Positions 29,095 to 39,181 of a DNA stretch of 64,000 bases are shown here, in pieces. The stretch is from Gammaproteobacteria bacterium (GTDB taxonomy: Bacteria; Pseudomonadota; Gammaproteobacteria; Steroidobacterales; GCA-2729495): NCBI GenBank assembly GCA_009692345.1, contig SHZI01000002.1, forward strand, positions 167-64,166, in the 5' to 3' direction. The position numbers were made by a program, and so were the translations under genes. How positions within the stretch are numbered: position 1 is the stretch's first letter; each line of letters opens with the position of its first letter. The notes beneath the pieces are model-generated. The model was given only the letters and a program-made list of their open reading frames with translations. It did not search any database and was not told the origin of the DNA.

Positions 29095-30732
29095 ATGGCT
29101 CGTTTCACCAAAGTACAGCCCCGGACCAGGTCCGGGCAAGACCCAGCCGCCCTCCTGCCCGTAAGGGCCGGGCACGCGCCAGAGCCACTGACGGCTGCTC
29201 CTGCCCAACTCTGGCTCTGTCTCTATCTTCCGCAGCTGCCGCTGGAGGCGCGAGCCACCCGGTCAGAGCCATGCCAGCCAGATTCCAGACAGAAGGTACC
29301 GCTGGCGATCTGCGCAGAGCAGGGCCGAAGAACTTTCGTAGTGACCGCTAATGCACTGGCCGCTGCCCGGGGCGTGCGCCCAGGTATGCCGGTCAATTCA
29401 GCTCTGGTACTGGCACCTGGGCTGGTTATTGAGAGCCGCAGCGCGCAGCTTGAAGCTGCCTCGCTGACCCGGCTGGCCATCTGGGCAGCTCAGTTCACAC
29501 CGACTGTGAGCAGCAGTGCAGGCAATGCCCTGATGCTGGAAATCCAGGGCAGTCTGCGTTTGTTTGGCGGACTCGAAGCACTGCAGACCAGGGTAGCCGA
29601 AGGCCTGGGAGCTCTTGGCCATGAGGCGCGCATCGCCTGTGCTCCCACAGCGCGGGCTGCACTGTGGCTGGCCAGAGCCGGTATCCATCGTCCGGTCCGG
29701 ACTATCCCGGAGTTGCGTCAGGCGCTTGCCGGCATCCATGTACGCCACCTGGCGTGGCCGGAACGCACGGTCCAGGCCCTTCTGCAGATGGGTGTCACGA
29801 CGGTGGGCGACTGTGTGCGGTTACCCCGTGAGGGCTTTGCCCGGCGACTGGGACCTGGCCGCCTGCGTCAACTCGATCAGGCCTACGGCCGCCATCCGGA
29901 CCCGCGGCAGCTCCACGTGTTGCCCGTACGCTTTTCTGCCGGGCTGGAACTGCCCATGGAAACCACGGTGGTATCTGTTCTGCTCGATGGCTTCAACCAG
30001 CTTTTTCAGCGCCTCCGGCAGTCCCTCGAAGCCCGTCAGGCCAGCGTCCGTAGCGTCAGATGCGTGCTCACCCATCCGGATGGTCAGGAAACAGACCTGT
30101 ATCTGGGAGCGGGCCCCACGACAGGCCCCACGACAGGCCCCACGACAGGCCCCACGACAGGCCCCACGACAGGAATGGGCGTCTTGTCCGGGCTACTGCG
30201 GCTACGGCTCGAGGCCCTGACTTTGCCCGCCCCGGTTACTGACCTGGCGGTGCAGGCGGATCTGGACTCCAGACAGGTATTGGCGGGCACCGACCTGCTG
30301 GGCAAGGACCTCCAGCCGGATGGCGGACTGCACGCACTGCTGGAACGCTTGCGTGCGCGACTGGGTGGCCAGGCAGTGCAGGGCCTGGCATTACGCGCCG
30401 AGCACCGGCCGGAGAGCGCCTGGCGAGCGGTGTTGGATCCGCTGGCAGAGTTTGGCTCGCAGGGTGGTGCCAGCGAGGCCTGTATTGTGGTCCGTTCCCG
30501 GCCTCTCTGGCTGCTGCCGGTACCGGAGTCTCTGGGGGTGATTAACGGCCTGCCTGCATGGCATGGATTGTTAGCTCTTGAGCGTGGCCCGGAACGTATC
30601 GAAAGCGGCTGGTGGGATGGGGGCGATGTACGCCGGGATTACTACCGGGCCAGTAACCCGCAGGGCGCAATGCTCTGGGTATACACGGACCTGCGTACCC
30701 ACGCCTGGTACCTGCAGGGCATCTTCGGGTGA
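29095..30732 (+). CDS. imuB: ImuB, Y-family DNA polymerase-like protein
   Basis: LWLCLYLPQLPLEA is typical of an ImuB N-terminus. I place the start at ATG 29095, but it is uncertain. It lies between imuA and dnaE2. Confidence 0.85.
   Translation: MARFTKVQPRTRSGQDPAALLPVRAGHAPEPLTAAPAQLWLCLYLPQLPLEARATRSEPCQPDSRQKVPLAICAEQGRRTFVVTANALAAARGVRPGMPVNSALVLAPGLVIESRSAQLEAASLTRLAIWAAQFTPTVSSSAGNALMLEIQGSLRLFGGLEALQTRVAEGLGALGHEARIACAPTARAALWLARAGIHRPVRTIPELRQALAGIHVRHLAWPERTVQALLQMGVTTVGDCVRLPREGFARRLGPGRLRQLDQAYGRHPDPRQLHVLPVRFSAGLELPMETTVVSVLLDGFNQLFQRLRQSLEARQASVRSVRCVLTHPDGQETDLYLGAGPTTGPTTGPTTGPTTGPTTGMGVLSGLLRLRLEALTLPAPVTDLAVQADLDSRQVLAGTDLLGKDLQPDGGLHALLERLRARLGGQAVQGLALRAEHRPESAWRAVLDPLAEFGSQGGASEACIVVRSRPLWLLPVPESLGVINGLPAWHGLLALERGPERIESGWWDGGDVRRDYYRASNPQGAMLWVYTDLRTHAWYLQGIFG
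30112..30171. repeat. perfect 12-bp tandem repeat x5 (GGCCCCACGACA) inside imuB
   Basis: Read directly from the sequence; it encodes (GPTT)5. Confidence 0.97.
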
Positions 30733-33700
30733 GTACCTATGCAGAACTCCACTGCATCAGCAACTTCACGTTTCTGCGCGGAGCATCGCACCCGGCCGAA
30801 CTGGTAGGCCGTGCTGCAGCCCTGGGGTACAGCGCTCTTGCGCTCACCGACGAGTGCTCCGTAGCAGGCATTGTCCGGGCGCATGTAGCAGCGCGAGGCT
30901 GTGCCCTGCGGTTGCTCATCGGCAGCGAGTTTCGTCTCGCTGACGGCCTGTGTCTGGTAGTCCTGGCTGCCGACCGGGAAGGCTACGCTGCACTTTGCGG
31001 GCTCATCACCCGCGGACGTCGCGCGGCAGAGAAGGGGTCCTACCACGTCGTGCGCAGTGACTTTGAGCAGCTGCCCGCCGGTTGCCTGGTCCTGTGGTTG
31101 CCACCCGAGTGTCCTGATACCCGGGATGCCAGCTGGCTGCGGGACCATTTTGGTGGGCGTATCTGGCTGGCGGTGGAGCTGCATGCGGATGGTAACGAAG
31201 TGAGTCGCAGAACCCAGCTGGTGGCATTCGCCAAAGAGACTGGTATTCCACCGGTGGCTGCCGGTGCTGTCCACATGCACGTACGGGGTCGCCGGGCGCT
31301 GCAGGACACTCTCACGGCAATTCGCCGTAAAGCGCCACTAGGGAGCGGCACGACGGGTCTTTATCCCAATGGGGAGCGGCATCTCCGGACCCTCGCTGAG
31401 TTGCAGCGGATCTATCCCGACCCGTTACTCGCGGCTACGGTGCAGATTGCGGAGCGCATGCATTTCTCCCTCGACGAACTGCGCTACCAGTATCCCCGCG
31501 AGCTGGTGCCCCCCGGCCACACACCCGCCAGCTGGTTGCGCTATCGAACCCTGCAGGGCGTGCGGGAGCGCTGGCCTGCCGGCGCTGCGCCAGACATCCT
31601 CAAGCTGGTTGACCGGGAGCTGGAGCTGATCAGTGAGCTGCGTTACGAGGCCTACTTTCTTACCGTGGACGACATTGTCTGCTTCGCCCGCAACCAGGGC
31701 ATCCTCTGCCAGGGGCGCGGTTCGGCGGCAAATTCTGCTGTGTGTTTCTGCCTGGGGATAACCGAGGTGGATCCCGCCCACATGTCGCTGCTGTTCGAGC
31801 GCTTTATTTCACGGGAGCGCAATGAGCCACCCGATATCGATGTGGACTTTGAGCACGAGCGGCGCGAGGAGGTGATCCAGTACATCTATACCCGCTACGG
31901 CCGGGACCGGGCGGCGCTGACAGCTACCGTGATCACTTACTGTCCCCGAAGCGCACTGCGTGATGTGGGCCGCGCCCTCGGGCTGTCCGAGGCGCACCTC
32001 AGCAGGGTCACGCGTAATCTGCACTGGTGGGATGGCCGGTCGGTTGTGCCTGAGCGCATCCGGGAGGCCGGCTTTGATCCTGCCAGCCCACTGATGCACC
32101 GGCTGGTGATGTTGGTGGGGCACCTGATCGGCTTCCCCCGGCATCTCTCCCAGCATGTGGGCGGGTTTGTTATTGCCGAGGAGCCTCTGTGCCGGCTGGT
32201 CCCCATCGAGAACGCATCCATGGCCGACCGGACCGTTATCCAGTGGGACAAGGATGATCTGGATGAGATGGGCCTGCTCAAGGTGGATGTGCTCGCGCTG
32301 GGCATGCTCTCGGCTATCCGCCGCACTTTTACGTTGTTAAGGGAGCTCAAGGGGCGTGAGCTTTCCCTGCACACCGTGCCAGCTGAAGATCCCGCGGTTT
32401 ACGCCATGATTTCCCAGGCTGACACCATGGGGGTTTTTCAGATTGAGTCCCGGGCCCAGATGGCCATGTTGCCGAGACTGAAACCCCTGACCTACTACGA
32501 CCTGGTCATCGAGGTGGCCATCATCCGGCCCGGACCAATCCAGGGGGACATGGTGCATCCTTACCTGCGACGCCGGAACGGTGAGGAGCTGGTCACGTAT
32601 CCCAGTCCGGAAGTGCGCCAGGTGCTGGAGCGCACGCTCGGCGTGCCCATCTTCCAGGAACAGGTCATGCAACTGGCGGTCGTGGCGGCGGGGTTTACAC
32701 CGGGCGAGGCTGATCAACTGCGCCGGGCCATGGCCGCCTGGCGCCGCCGTGGTGGCCTCGGCCACTTCGAGGAACGACTGATCGCCGGTATGCAGGCCCG
32801 CAACTATTCCGTGGAGTTCGCCCGCCAGATCTTCAACCAGATCTGCGGTTTTGGTGAGTACGGTTTTCCCGAATCCCATGCTGCCAGCTTCGCGCTGCTC
32901 GTCTATGTCTCCGCCTGGCTGAAGCGGCATGAACCCGCTGCTTTCACCTGTGCGTTACTGAACAGTCAGCCCATGGGGTTCTATGCGCCCTCACAGCTGG
33001 TCCAGAGTGTCCGTCGTGCCGGTGTTGAGGTCAGGCCGGTGGAGGTGAACTGCAGCGCCTGGGACTGCACTCTTGAGGCCAGAACTGACGGGCAGTTTGC
33101 TTTGCGTCTCGGCTTCCGTCTGGTCAGCGGGCTGACGCAGGGAGCGGGGGAGGAGGTGGTCCGGCAGCGCGCTGGTCAACCCTATCGCACCGTACAGGAT
33201 CTGCACGAGCGTGCTGGCCTGCCCCGGCAGGAACTGGGTGCTCTGGCGGCGGCGGGTGCGCTGGGGGGCATCGCCGGACACAGGCACCGGGCTCGCTGGG
33301 CAGTAGCAGGTGCAGAACTGCCCCTGCCATTGTTGCCAGTGCTGCAGATTGCTGAAGGGTTGCCACTGCTTCGAGCACCCACCGAGGCCCAGGATATTGC
33401 TGCCGACTACCAGAGCCTGGGTTTGACGCTGGGTCGTCACCCGCTGGCGCTCCTGCGCGCTCACCTGCGTCGTGCTGCCATCAGCTCAGCCAGCGAACTG
33501 CAGGAAGCAGGCAACGGGGTCCGGGTGCGTGCCGCAGGGATTGTCACTATGCGCCAGCGGCCCGCCAGCGCTGGCGGGGTTACGTTCGTGACGCTGGAAG
33601 ATGAAACCGGCTACATCAATCTCATTGTCTGGCGGCAGTTGGCTGAGCGTCAGCGCCGGGTTCTGCTCGAAGCGCGGTTACTGGGAGTCTGGGGACAGTT

Positions 33701-33800
33701 GCAGCGGCAGGGGGATGTCTTGCACCTCGTGGCCAGGCGGCTCGAGGATCTGAGCAGTCTTCTCGGCCAGTTGCAGACCCCCAGCCGGGACTTCTCCTGA
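30729..33800 (+). CDS. dnaE2: error-prone DNA polymerase DnaE2 (ImuC)
   Basis: 1023 aa. The PHP-domain N-terminus is YAELHCISNFTFLRGASHPAELV, followed by a Pol III alpha core. GTGA overlap with imuB. Confidence 0.95.
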   Translation: MSTYAELHCISNFTFLRGASHPAELVGRAAALGYSALALTDECSVAGIVRAHVAARGCALRLLIGSEFRLADGLCLVVLAADREGYAALCGLITRGRRAAEKGSYHVVRSDFEQLPAGCLVLWLPPECPDTRDASWLRDHFGGRIWLAVELHADGNEVSRRTQLVAFAKETGIPPVAAGAVHMHVRGRRALQDTLTAIRRKAPLGSGTTGLYPNGERHLRTLAELQRIYPDPLLAATVQIAERMHFSLDELRYQYPRELVPPGHTPASWLRYRTLQGVRERWPAGAAPDILKLVDRELELISELRYEAYFLTVDDIVCFARNQGILCQGRGSAANSAVCFCLGITEVDPAHMSLLFERFISRERNEPPDIDVDFEHERREEVIQYIYTRYGRDRAALTATVITYCPRSALRDVGRALGLSEAHLSRVTRNLHWWDGRSVVPERIREAGFDPASPLMHRLVMLVGHLIGFPRHLSQHVGGFVIAEEPLCRLVPIENASMADRTVIQWDKDDLDEMGLLKVDVLALGMLSAIRRTFTLLRELKGRELSLHTVPAEDPAVYAMISQADTMGVFQIESRAQMAMLPRLKPLTYYDLVIEVAIIRPGPIQGDMVHPYLRRRNGEELVTYPSPEVRQVLERTLGVPIFQEQVMQLAVVAAGFTPGEADQLRRAMAAWRRRGGLGHFEERLIAGMQARNYSVEFARQIFNQICGFGEYGFPESHAASFALLVYVSAWLKRHEPAAFTCALLNSQPMGFYAPSQLVQSVRRAGVEVRPVEVNCSAWDCTLEARTDGQFALRLGFRLVSGLTQGAGEEVVRQRAGQPYRTVQDLHERAGLPRQELGALAAAGALGGIAGHRHRARWAVAGAELPLPLLPVLQIAEGLPLLRAPTEAQDIAADYQSLGLTLGRHPLALLRAHLRRAAISSASELQEAGNGVRVRAAGIVTMRQRPASAGGVTFVTLEDETGYINLIVWRQLAERQRRVLLEARLLGVWGQLQRQGDVLHLVARRLEDLSSLLGQLQTPSRDFS

Positions 33801-33831
33801 GGGGGCCAAGACGCTCAGCCCGGGCTGCTCC

Positions 33832-34173
33832 CTACCCGACCCCGAGGTCCTTGACCTCAAAGTCCTCAAAATCCTCGATCTCCCGGGCTGTGCGCTTGCG
33901 TTCCAGGTAGTTCTCCAGCTTCCGGCGGGCGCACCGTACGTCGGGTGGCGTCCCCTGCTGGGATTCAGCCTCAAGTTCGGCAATCAGATTCTCGATATTG
34001 ATCTCAATTGACTGGCCACCGACGTTGTCGGTGGCCAGCGCCTCCACACCAAGGTCATCGTCGGCGGTCTCGTCTCCCAGAGGTTCAGGAGTCTCGAGTT
34101 CATCAAGCATTTCAGGGGGCTCCGGGAGCGGAGTCCACTCGGGCTTGGCCAGTACAGCTGCTTTGCGATCCAT
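33832..34173 (-). CDS. small acidic protein; C-terminus resembles the PA3496-type putative envelope-integrity family
   Basis: 113 aa and very acidic. The C-terminal ARRKLENYLERKRTAREIEDFEDFE recalls the RRR-LE-LLEE-R...DF pattern. The family call is from memory only. Confidence 0.5.
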   Translation of the reverse strand: MDRKAAVLAKPEWTPLPEPPEMLDELETPEPLGDETADDDLGVEALATDNVGGQSIEINIENLIAELEAESQQGTPPDVRCARRKLENYLERKRTAREIEDFEDFEVKDLGVG

Positions 34174-34311
34174 CGATCAGTCCTTATGTTCAAGGAGTAA
34201 CGCCGACGTGGTTTTTATAGTCACCTTTCAGGGGGATGACAATCCTCAATTCTCTATTTCGTGAACTGATTCCGTCTCTACCGCACACGCGGCGGCCAAC
34301 CGTCCCAGAGC

Positions 34312-35526
34312 TCAGCCAACCAGCTGGTTGAGCTCAAAGATGGGCAGGAGTATGGCCAGGACGATGACCAGAACGATGACGCCCATGGTCACGATGAGGG
34401 CCGGCTCGAGGATGCCGAGGAGGGCAGCAATGAGGCCATCCATTTCCCGTTCCTGATTGGTAGCTGCCCGGGTGAGCATGGCATCGAGTTTGCCGCTGGC
34501 CTCACCGCTTGAAATCAGGTGGACGCAGAGAGGGGGGAAATAGCCGCCAACCGCGAGGGACTTGCCAATGGGCGCCCCTTCCCGCACCCGGGCTGCGGCT
34601 ACCTCGACCGCTTCCCGCATCGGCACATTGGTGACCACCTTTGCTGATATCCGCAGCGCTTCAAGCACGGGGACACCACTCCCGGTCAGGATGCTCAGGG
34701 TCCGGGTAAAGCGTGCGGTATTCGAGCCTCGGACTAGCTTTGCGATGAGGGGTATGCGCAGGAGCAGTGCATCCCGCCACCGCCTGGGTCCGGGCTGGCG
34801 CAGCGCCCGGCCTCCCGCAATGGTGGCTCCGACAACTCCCACCAGCAGCAGCAGACCGTAGTCGCGCAGGAAGTCGCTCAGGGCGATGAGAAACACGGTG
34901 AGTCCGGGAAGTTCCCGCCCTGTATTGGAGAACACGCCGACGACCTTGGGTACGACGTAGACCAGCATACCGCTGACGATCAGCAGTGCCAGCACCGTCA
35001 GTACGACGGGGTAAATCATGGCGTGCTGGATTTTCTGGCGGAGTACCTGGCGGCCCTCCGTATAGTCCGCCAGTCGCTCCAGCACCGCGTCCAGGTGACC
35101 GGACTGCTCGCCAGCGGAAACCGTGGCGCGGTAAATCTCGGGGAAAGCCTTTGGAAAATCCGCCAACCCGTCTGCGAGGGTGTGGCCTTCCATCACTTTG
35201 GAGCGCACCCCGATCAGGACGCTTTTGACTCGCGTCGACTCGGTCTGCTCCGACACCGCGAGCAGCGCTTCCTCAAGGGGCATTGAGGACTGGACCAGGG
35301 TGGCAAGCTGCCGCGTGACGAGCGCGAGGTCCGTGGACGACATGGTGGGCCGCAGCGTGAAGGACTGCTGGCGAGTGGCTTCCCGTTCAGCGGCCTCAGT
35401 CACCGTGAGCGGAAACAGCTGGCGTTCACGGAGCAGCTGGCGGACCTGGCGGGCCGTGTCGCCTTCAAGAATACCCTTGCGTTCCTTGCCGCCGGCATCA
35501 ACCGCGGTGTACTCGAAGGCTCCCAT
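34312..35526 (-). CDS. gspF: type II secretion system inner-membrane protein GspF
   Basis: 404 aa; MGAFEYTAVDAGGKERKGILEGDTARQVRQLLRERQLFPL, with two T2SF repeats. Confidence 0.93.
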   Translation of the reverse strand: MGAFEYTAVDAGGKERKGILEGDTARQVRQLLRERQLFPLTVTEAAEREATRQQSFTLRPTMSSTDLALVTRQLATLVQSSMPLEEALLAVSEQTESTRVKSVLIGVRSKVMEGHTLADGLADFPKAFPEIYRATVSAGEQSGHLDAVLERLADYTEGRQVLRQKIQHAMIYPVVLTVLALLIVSGMLVYVVPKVVGVFSNTGRELPGLTVFLIALSDFLRDYGLLLLVGVVGATIAGGRALRQPGPRRWRDALLLRIPLIAKLVRGSNTARFTRTLSILTGSGVPVLEALRISAKVVTNVPMREAVEVAAARVREGAPIGKSLAVGGYFPPLCVHLISSGEASGKLDAMLTRAATNQEREMDGLIAALLGILEPALIVTMGVIVLVIVLAILLPIFELNQLVG

Positions 35527-37094
35527 CAGTCGGAGCGGGTGACGCGGAGAACCTCTTCGAGGGTGGTGACCCCGGCGAGGGCCTTGCGCAGGCCATCATC
35601 GCGAATGCTGGGACCCCGGGTCCGCGCATAGCGCTCCAGATCATGTTCCCCGGCGCCGTCGTGAATCATGGTCCGGAATTCGTCATCGATGGTGACCAGT
35701 TCGTAAATGCCCGTCCGACCGCGATAGCCGGCCCCAGCGCCCTGCATGGCCGCCTCGTCCGGGTGGTAGAGGGGTGGCGGGTTCGCCGGGTCGAGGCCCA
35801 GGGTCTTGCACTCGTAGTCCCGGGCCGTATAGGCCACTTTGGTGGCGGGATCGATGACCCGCACCAGCCGCTGGGCCAGCACGCCGACGAGGCTGGACGA
35901 CAACAGGAAGGGCTCCACCCCCATGTCCCGGAGACGGGTTACGGCGCCGACCGCGGTGTTGGTGTGCAGCGTGGAGAGCACCAGGTGGCCGGTAAGGCTC
36001 GCCTGCACGGCAATCTCAGCCGTCTCCAGATCGCGTATCTCACCCACCATGATCACATCCGGGTCCTGCCGGAGGATGGCCCTGAGACCGCGCGCAAAGG
36101 TCATCTCAGCCTTCGTGTTGACCTGGGACTGGCCGATCCCGTCGATGTAGTACTCGATAGGATCTTCGACGGTCATGATGTTGCGTGTGTTGTCGTTGAT
36201 GCGGGCCAGAGCCGCATAGAGAGTGGTGGTCTTGCCGGAGCCGGTCGGGCCGGTTACGAGGATGATGCCATGGGGCTTGCGTATCAGTCCGTCAATGACG
36301 CCCTTGGTGGCCGGGTCCATACCCAGGCTCTCCAGTTCCAGGCGCCCGGCGTGCTTGTCGAGCAGCCGCAGGACTACCCGCTCGCCGTGTCCGGAGGGCA
36401 TCGTTGATACCCGCACGTCGACGGCCCGACCCGCAATGCGCAGCGAAAACCGGCCGTCCTGGGGCAGGCGCTTCTCGGCGATATCCAGCTTGCCCATGAC
36501 CTTGATGCGCGAGACGACCAGCGGGGCCACAGCGCGCCGGGACTGCAGGACCTCCCGCAGCACCCCGTCGACGCGAAAGCGGACCACGAGGCGATTCTCG
36601 AAGGGCTCGATGTGGATATCGGAAGCGTTCTCCTTGACCGCCGACGTCAGCAGGGCATTGATCAGCCGGATGATTGGCGCATCGTCATTGCTTTCGAGCA
36701 GGTCGGACGGTTCCGGCAGGTCCTGGGCAACCTGGAACAGGTCCGTGTCTTCACCCAGTCCATCCACCATCTGCATCGTGGTGTTGGATTCCCGCTCATA
36801 GGTCTGCTGCAACTGACGGTCGAATTCGGCCGGTGAGACGACCTGCAGATGCATCGACCCGTCGACGAAACGCCGGACCTCGGAGATCGCCGACAGCTTG
36901 GCGTCAGACCGGACAATGGTCAGGGGCCGGCCATCCAGCAGGCCGTTGATCAGTACCCCGTGGCGCTTCGCGAAGGCGAACGGGAGGACATAGCGTCGCA
37001 CTTCAGGTGGCAGCTGTGCGCTGGTGGACGGCGCCTGGGCGGCCCGGGGCGAGTCCGCCAGTTCACTAATCAGCTCAGGAACGGCTGCGTTCAT
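35526..37094 (-). CDS. gspE: type II secretion system ATPase GspE
   Basis: 522 aa with Walker A GPTGSGKTTT, Asp/His boxes and an N-terminal GspE N1 domain. Confidence 0.95.
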   Translation of the reverse strand: MNAAVPELISELADSPRAAQAPSTSAQLPPEVRRYVLPFAFAKRHGVLINGLLDGRPLTIVRSDAKLSAISEVRRFVDGSMHLQVVSPAEFDRQLQQTYERESNTTMQMVDGLGEDTDLFQVAQDLPEPSDLLESNDDAPIIRLINALLTSAVKENASDIHIEPFENRLVVRFRVDGVLREVLQSRRAVAPLVVSRIKVMGKLDIAEKRLPQDGRFSLRIAGRAVDVRVSTMPSGHGERVVLRLLDKHAGRLELESLGMDPATKGVIDGLIRKPHGIILVTGPTGSGKTTTLYAALARINDNTRNIMTVEDPIEYYIDGIGQSQVNTKAEMTFARGLRAILRQDPDVIMVGEIRDLETAEIAVQASLTGHLVLSTLHTNTAVGAVTRLRDMGVEPFLLSSSLVGVLAQRLVRVIDPATKVAYTARDYECKTLGLDPANPPPLYHPDEAAMQGAGAGYRGRTGIYELVTIDDEFRTMIHDGAGEHDLERYARTRGPSIRDDGLRKALAGVTTLEEVLRVTRSD

Positions 37095-39181
37095 GGGGCA
37101 GGTACCTTGGCTGGCGGGATACGCAGGTCAATTACCGGCTCCAGCGGGGATCCGGCCGGCGACATCGTCTGGGGCTGGGCCATATCCGGCAGCACCGGCC
37201 GCGGAGTCAGCGGCATCAGTCTGGGGTTTTCGGGCTTGGTGGCCAGCTGCTGGTTCCGGATGTAGTTGTACTTTGCGTTGGTCTCAAACGTTGCCTGCAC
37301 GTTGTCCCGCAGGATCGTGGGCCGGATGAACACCATCAGGTTGGTCCTCGCCTTCGTGGTCGTGTTGGAGCGGAAGAGGGCGCCCAGCAGGGGGATGCTG
37401 CCGAGGATCGGCACTCGCTGTTCCTTCTCCGTGACCTGATCCTGAATCAATCCCCCAAGAACCAGTGTGCCACCGTCCTCGACGATCACTGAGGTGTTGA
37501 TGGAGCGGTTGCTGGTAATCAGATCCACGGCCTGGGAGCTCGGCAGTATCGACGAGATCTCCTGTTCGATCTTCAGGCGAACCGCATTGCCCTCGTTGAT
37601 CTGGGGCGTGATCTTCAGGGTGAGGCCGACCTGTTCCCGCTGGATGGTCTGGAAGGGGTTCACGGATCCGGTGACGCCGCCACCACCGGTGGCCCCCGTG
37701 TTGGTGAAACTGCCAGTCACGAAGGGCACTTCCTGACCGACCTCGATCTGGGCTTCTTCATTGTCCAGAGTGACCAGGATCGGGGTGCCAATGATGTTGC
37801 TGCTGCCGTCGGACTCCAGGGCCTCGATCAGGGCCACGAAGTTGAGGCCGGAACTGCCCAGCCTGCCAACACCCATGGTGATTCCATTACCAATCAGGGA
37901 GCCAACGTCACCCGCGCCACCCGCGCCACCCGCGCCACCCGCACCACCGGCACCACCAAGAATGGCACCACCGATCCCCGCGACGCCGGTTGTGGTGTCA
38001 AACTTCGTCAGGCCAACGACGCTGTTCAGATCCCTGTCGCCCACAGCCCAGGTGACACCAAGCTCGGCAGCCTTGTCGGACGAGACTTCGACAATGATGG
38101 CCTCGACCATGACCTGGGCCCGGCGGATGTCCAGCTTGTCGATGACCTGCATCATCGACTTCATGGTTTTTGGTGGCGCGGTAATGATCAGCGCATTGGT
38201 GGACTCATCGGCCCAGATGCTGACCTCGCCCCGCTGCGCTGGCGGTACGGCATCCTTGCCGCCCCCTGCCGCTGCCGCCTGCGGCCCGCTGCCGGAGTAC
38301 TGGCTCTGCAGCTTGGTGGCCAGATCGACGGCATCCGTGTAGCGCAGGTAACGGACCTGGGTGTCGCCGCCTTCCTCCAGGGGCGTATCCAGGTGCGTGA
38401 TGAGCGCCCTGTAGCGCAGCCGGTCGTTCTTGTCCCCGGTCACCAGCACGCTGTTCGTGCGCTCGTCGGCCACGACGGTAACCCGGGGGCCACCGCTACC
38501 TTCGGCCTGCTGGGCGCCCTGGTTCAGGGCCCCGACGATCTTGACGATCTCCGAAGCGGAGGCGTGCTCGAGCCGTATGACCTCGTAGTCCTGGTCGGCG
38601 GCCTGATCGATGCGCGCCACGATGCGCACCATCCGGTCCACGTTGGAAGCCCGGTCGCTGATGATGAGAAGGTTTGACGGAGGGTGCGCGGCGAGATGCC
38701 CGTACTGGGGAATCAGGGGCCGGAGAATCGGCACCAGCTGGGCTGCGGCCACATTCTGGACCGCGATTACCCGGGTCACGATGTCGTCAGGCCGACCGCC
38801 GCCCGGCTCGTTCTCCGCGCCGGGGACCTGGCGGGCATTAGCATCCGGGAGAATCTTGATGATGTCGCCTGCCGGCACGGCGACGAAGCCGTAGACAGAC
38901 AGTATCGACAGGAAGGCCTCGTAAAAGGCGTCGGGATTCATCGGCGCAGCCGACAGCATGGTCACCTGCGCCTTTACCCGGGGGTCGAGAATAAAGTTCT
39001 TCCCGGTCACTTCGCCGACTGCCTCGATAACCTGCCGGATATCGGCGTCTTTGTAGTTGGGCGTGATAGTGGCCTGTTGTGCCGGCAGTCCTGCCGACCA
39101 CGTCAGGGCCATGACGGTCAGGCACACGCTGGCAAGGTGGGAGCATCGGCTGATTTGGGTTGGGTTGACTGGTTTGGTCAC
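37091..39181 (-). CDS. gspD: type II secretion system secretin GspD
   Basis: 696 aa with N0-N3 domains and a secretin domain (VPILGSIPLLGALFR). Confidence 0.95.
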   Translation of the reverse strand: MTKPVNPTQISRCSHLASVCLTVMALTWSAGLPAQQATITPNYKDADIRQVIEAVGEVTGKNFILDPRVKAQVTMLSAAPMNPDAFYEAFLSILSVYGFVAVPAGDIIKILPDANARQVPGAENEPGGGRPDDIVTRVIAVQNVAAAQLVPILRPLIPQYGHLAAHPPSNLLIISDRASNVDRMVRIVARIDQAADQDYEVIRLEHASASEIVKIVGALNQGAQQAEGSGGPRVTVVADERTNSVLVTGDKNDRLRYRALITHLDTPLEEGGDTQVRYLRYTDAVDLATKLQSQYSGSGPQAAAAGGGKDAVPPAQRGEVSIWADESTNALIITAPPKTMKSMMQVIDKLDIRRAQVMVEAIIVEVSSDKAAELGVTWAVGDRDLNSVVGLTKFDTTTGVAGIGGAILGGAGGAGGAGGAGGAGDVGSLIGNGITMGVGRLGSSGLNFVALIEALESDGSSNIIGTPILVTLDNEEAQIEVGQEVPFVTGSFTNTGATGGGGVTGSVNPFQTIQREQVGLTLKITPQINEGNAVRLKIEQEISSILPSSQAVDLITSNRSINTSVIVEDGGTLVLGGLIQDQVTEKEQRVPILGSIPLLGALFRSNTTTKARTNLMVFIRPTILRDNVQATFETNAKYNYIRNQQLATKPENPRLMPLTPRPVLPDMAQPQTMSPAGSPLEPVIDLRIPPAKVPAP
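37909..37953. repeat. 9-bp tandem repeat (CACCCGCGC x3 perfect plus 2 degenerate units) inside gspD
   Basis: Read directly from the sequence. It encodes the GGAGGAGGAGGAGGAG insert in GspD. Confidence 0.9.
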
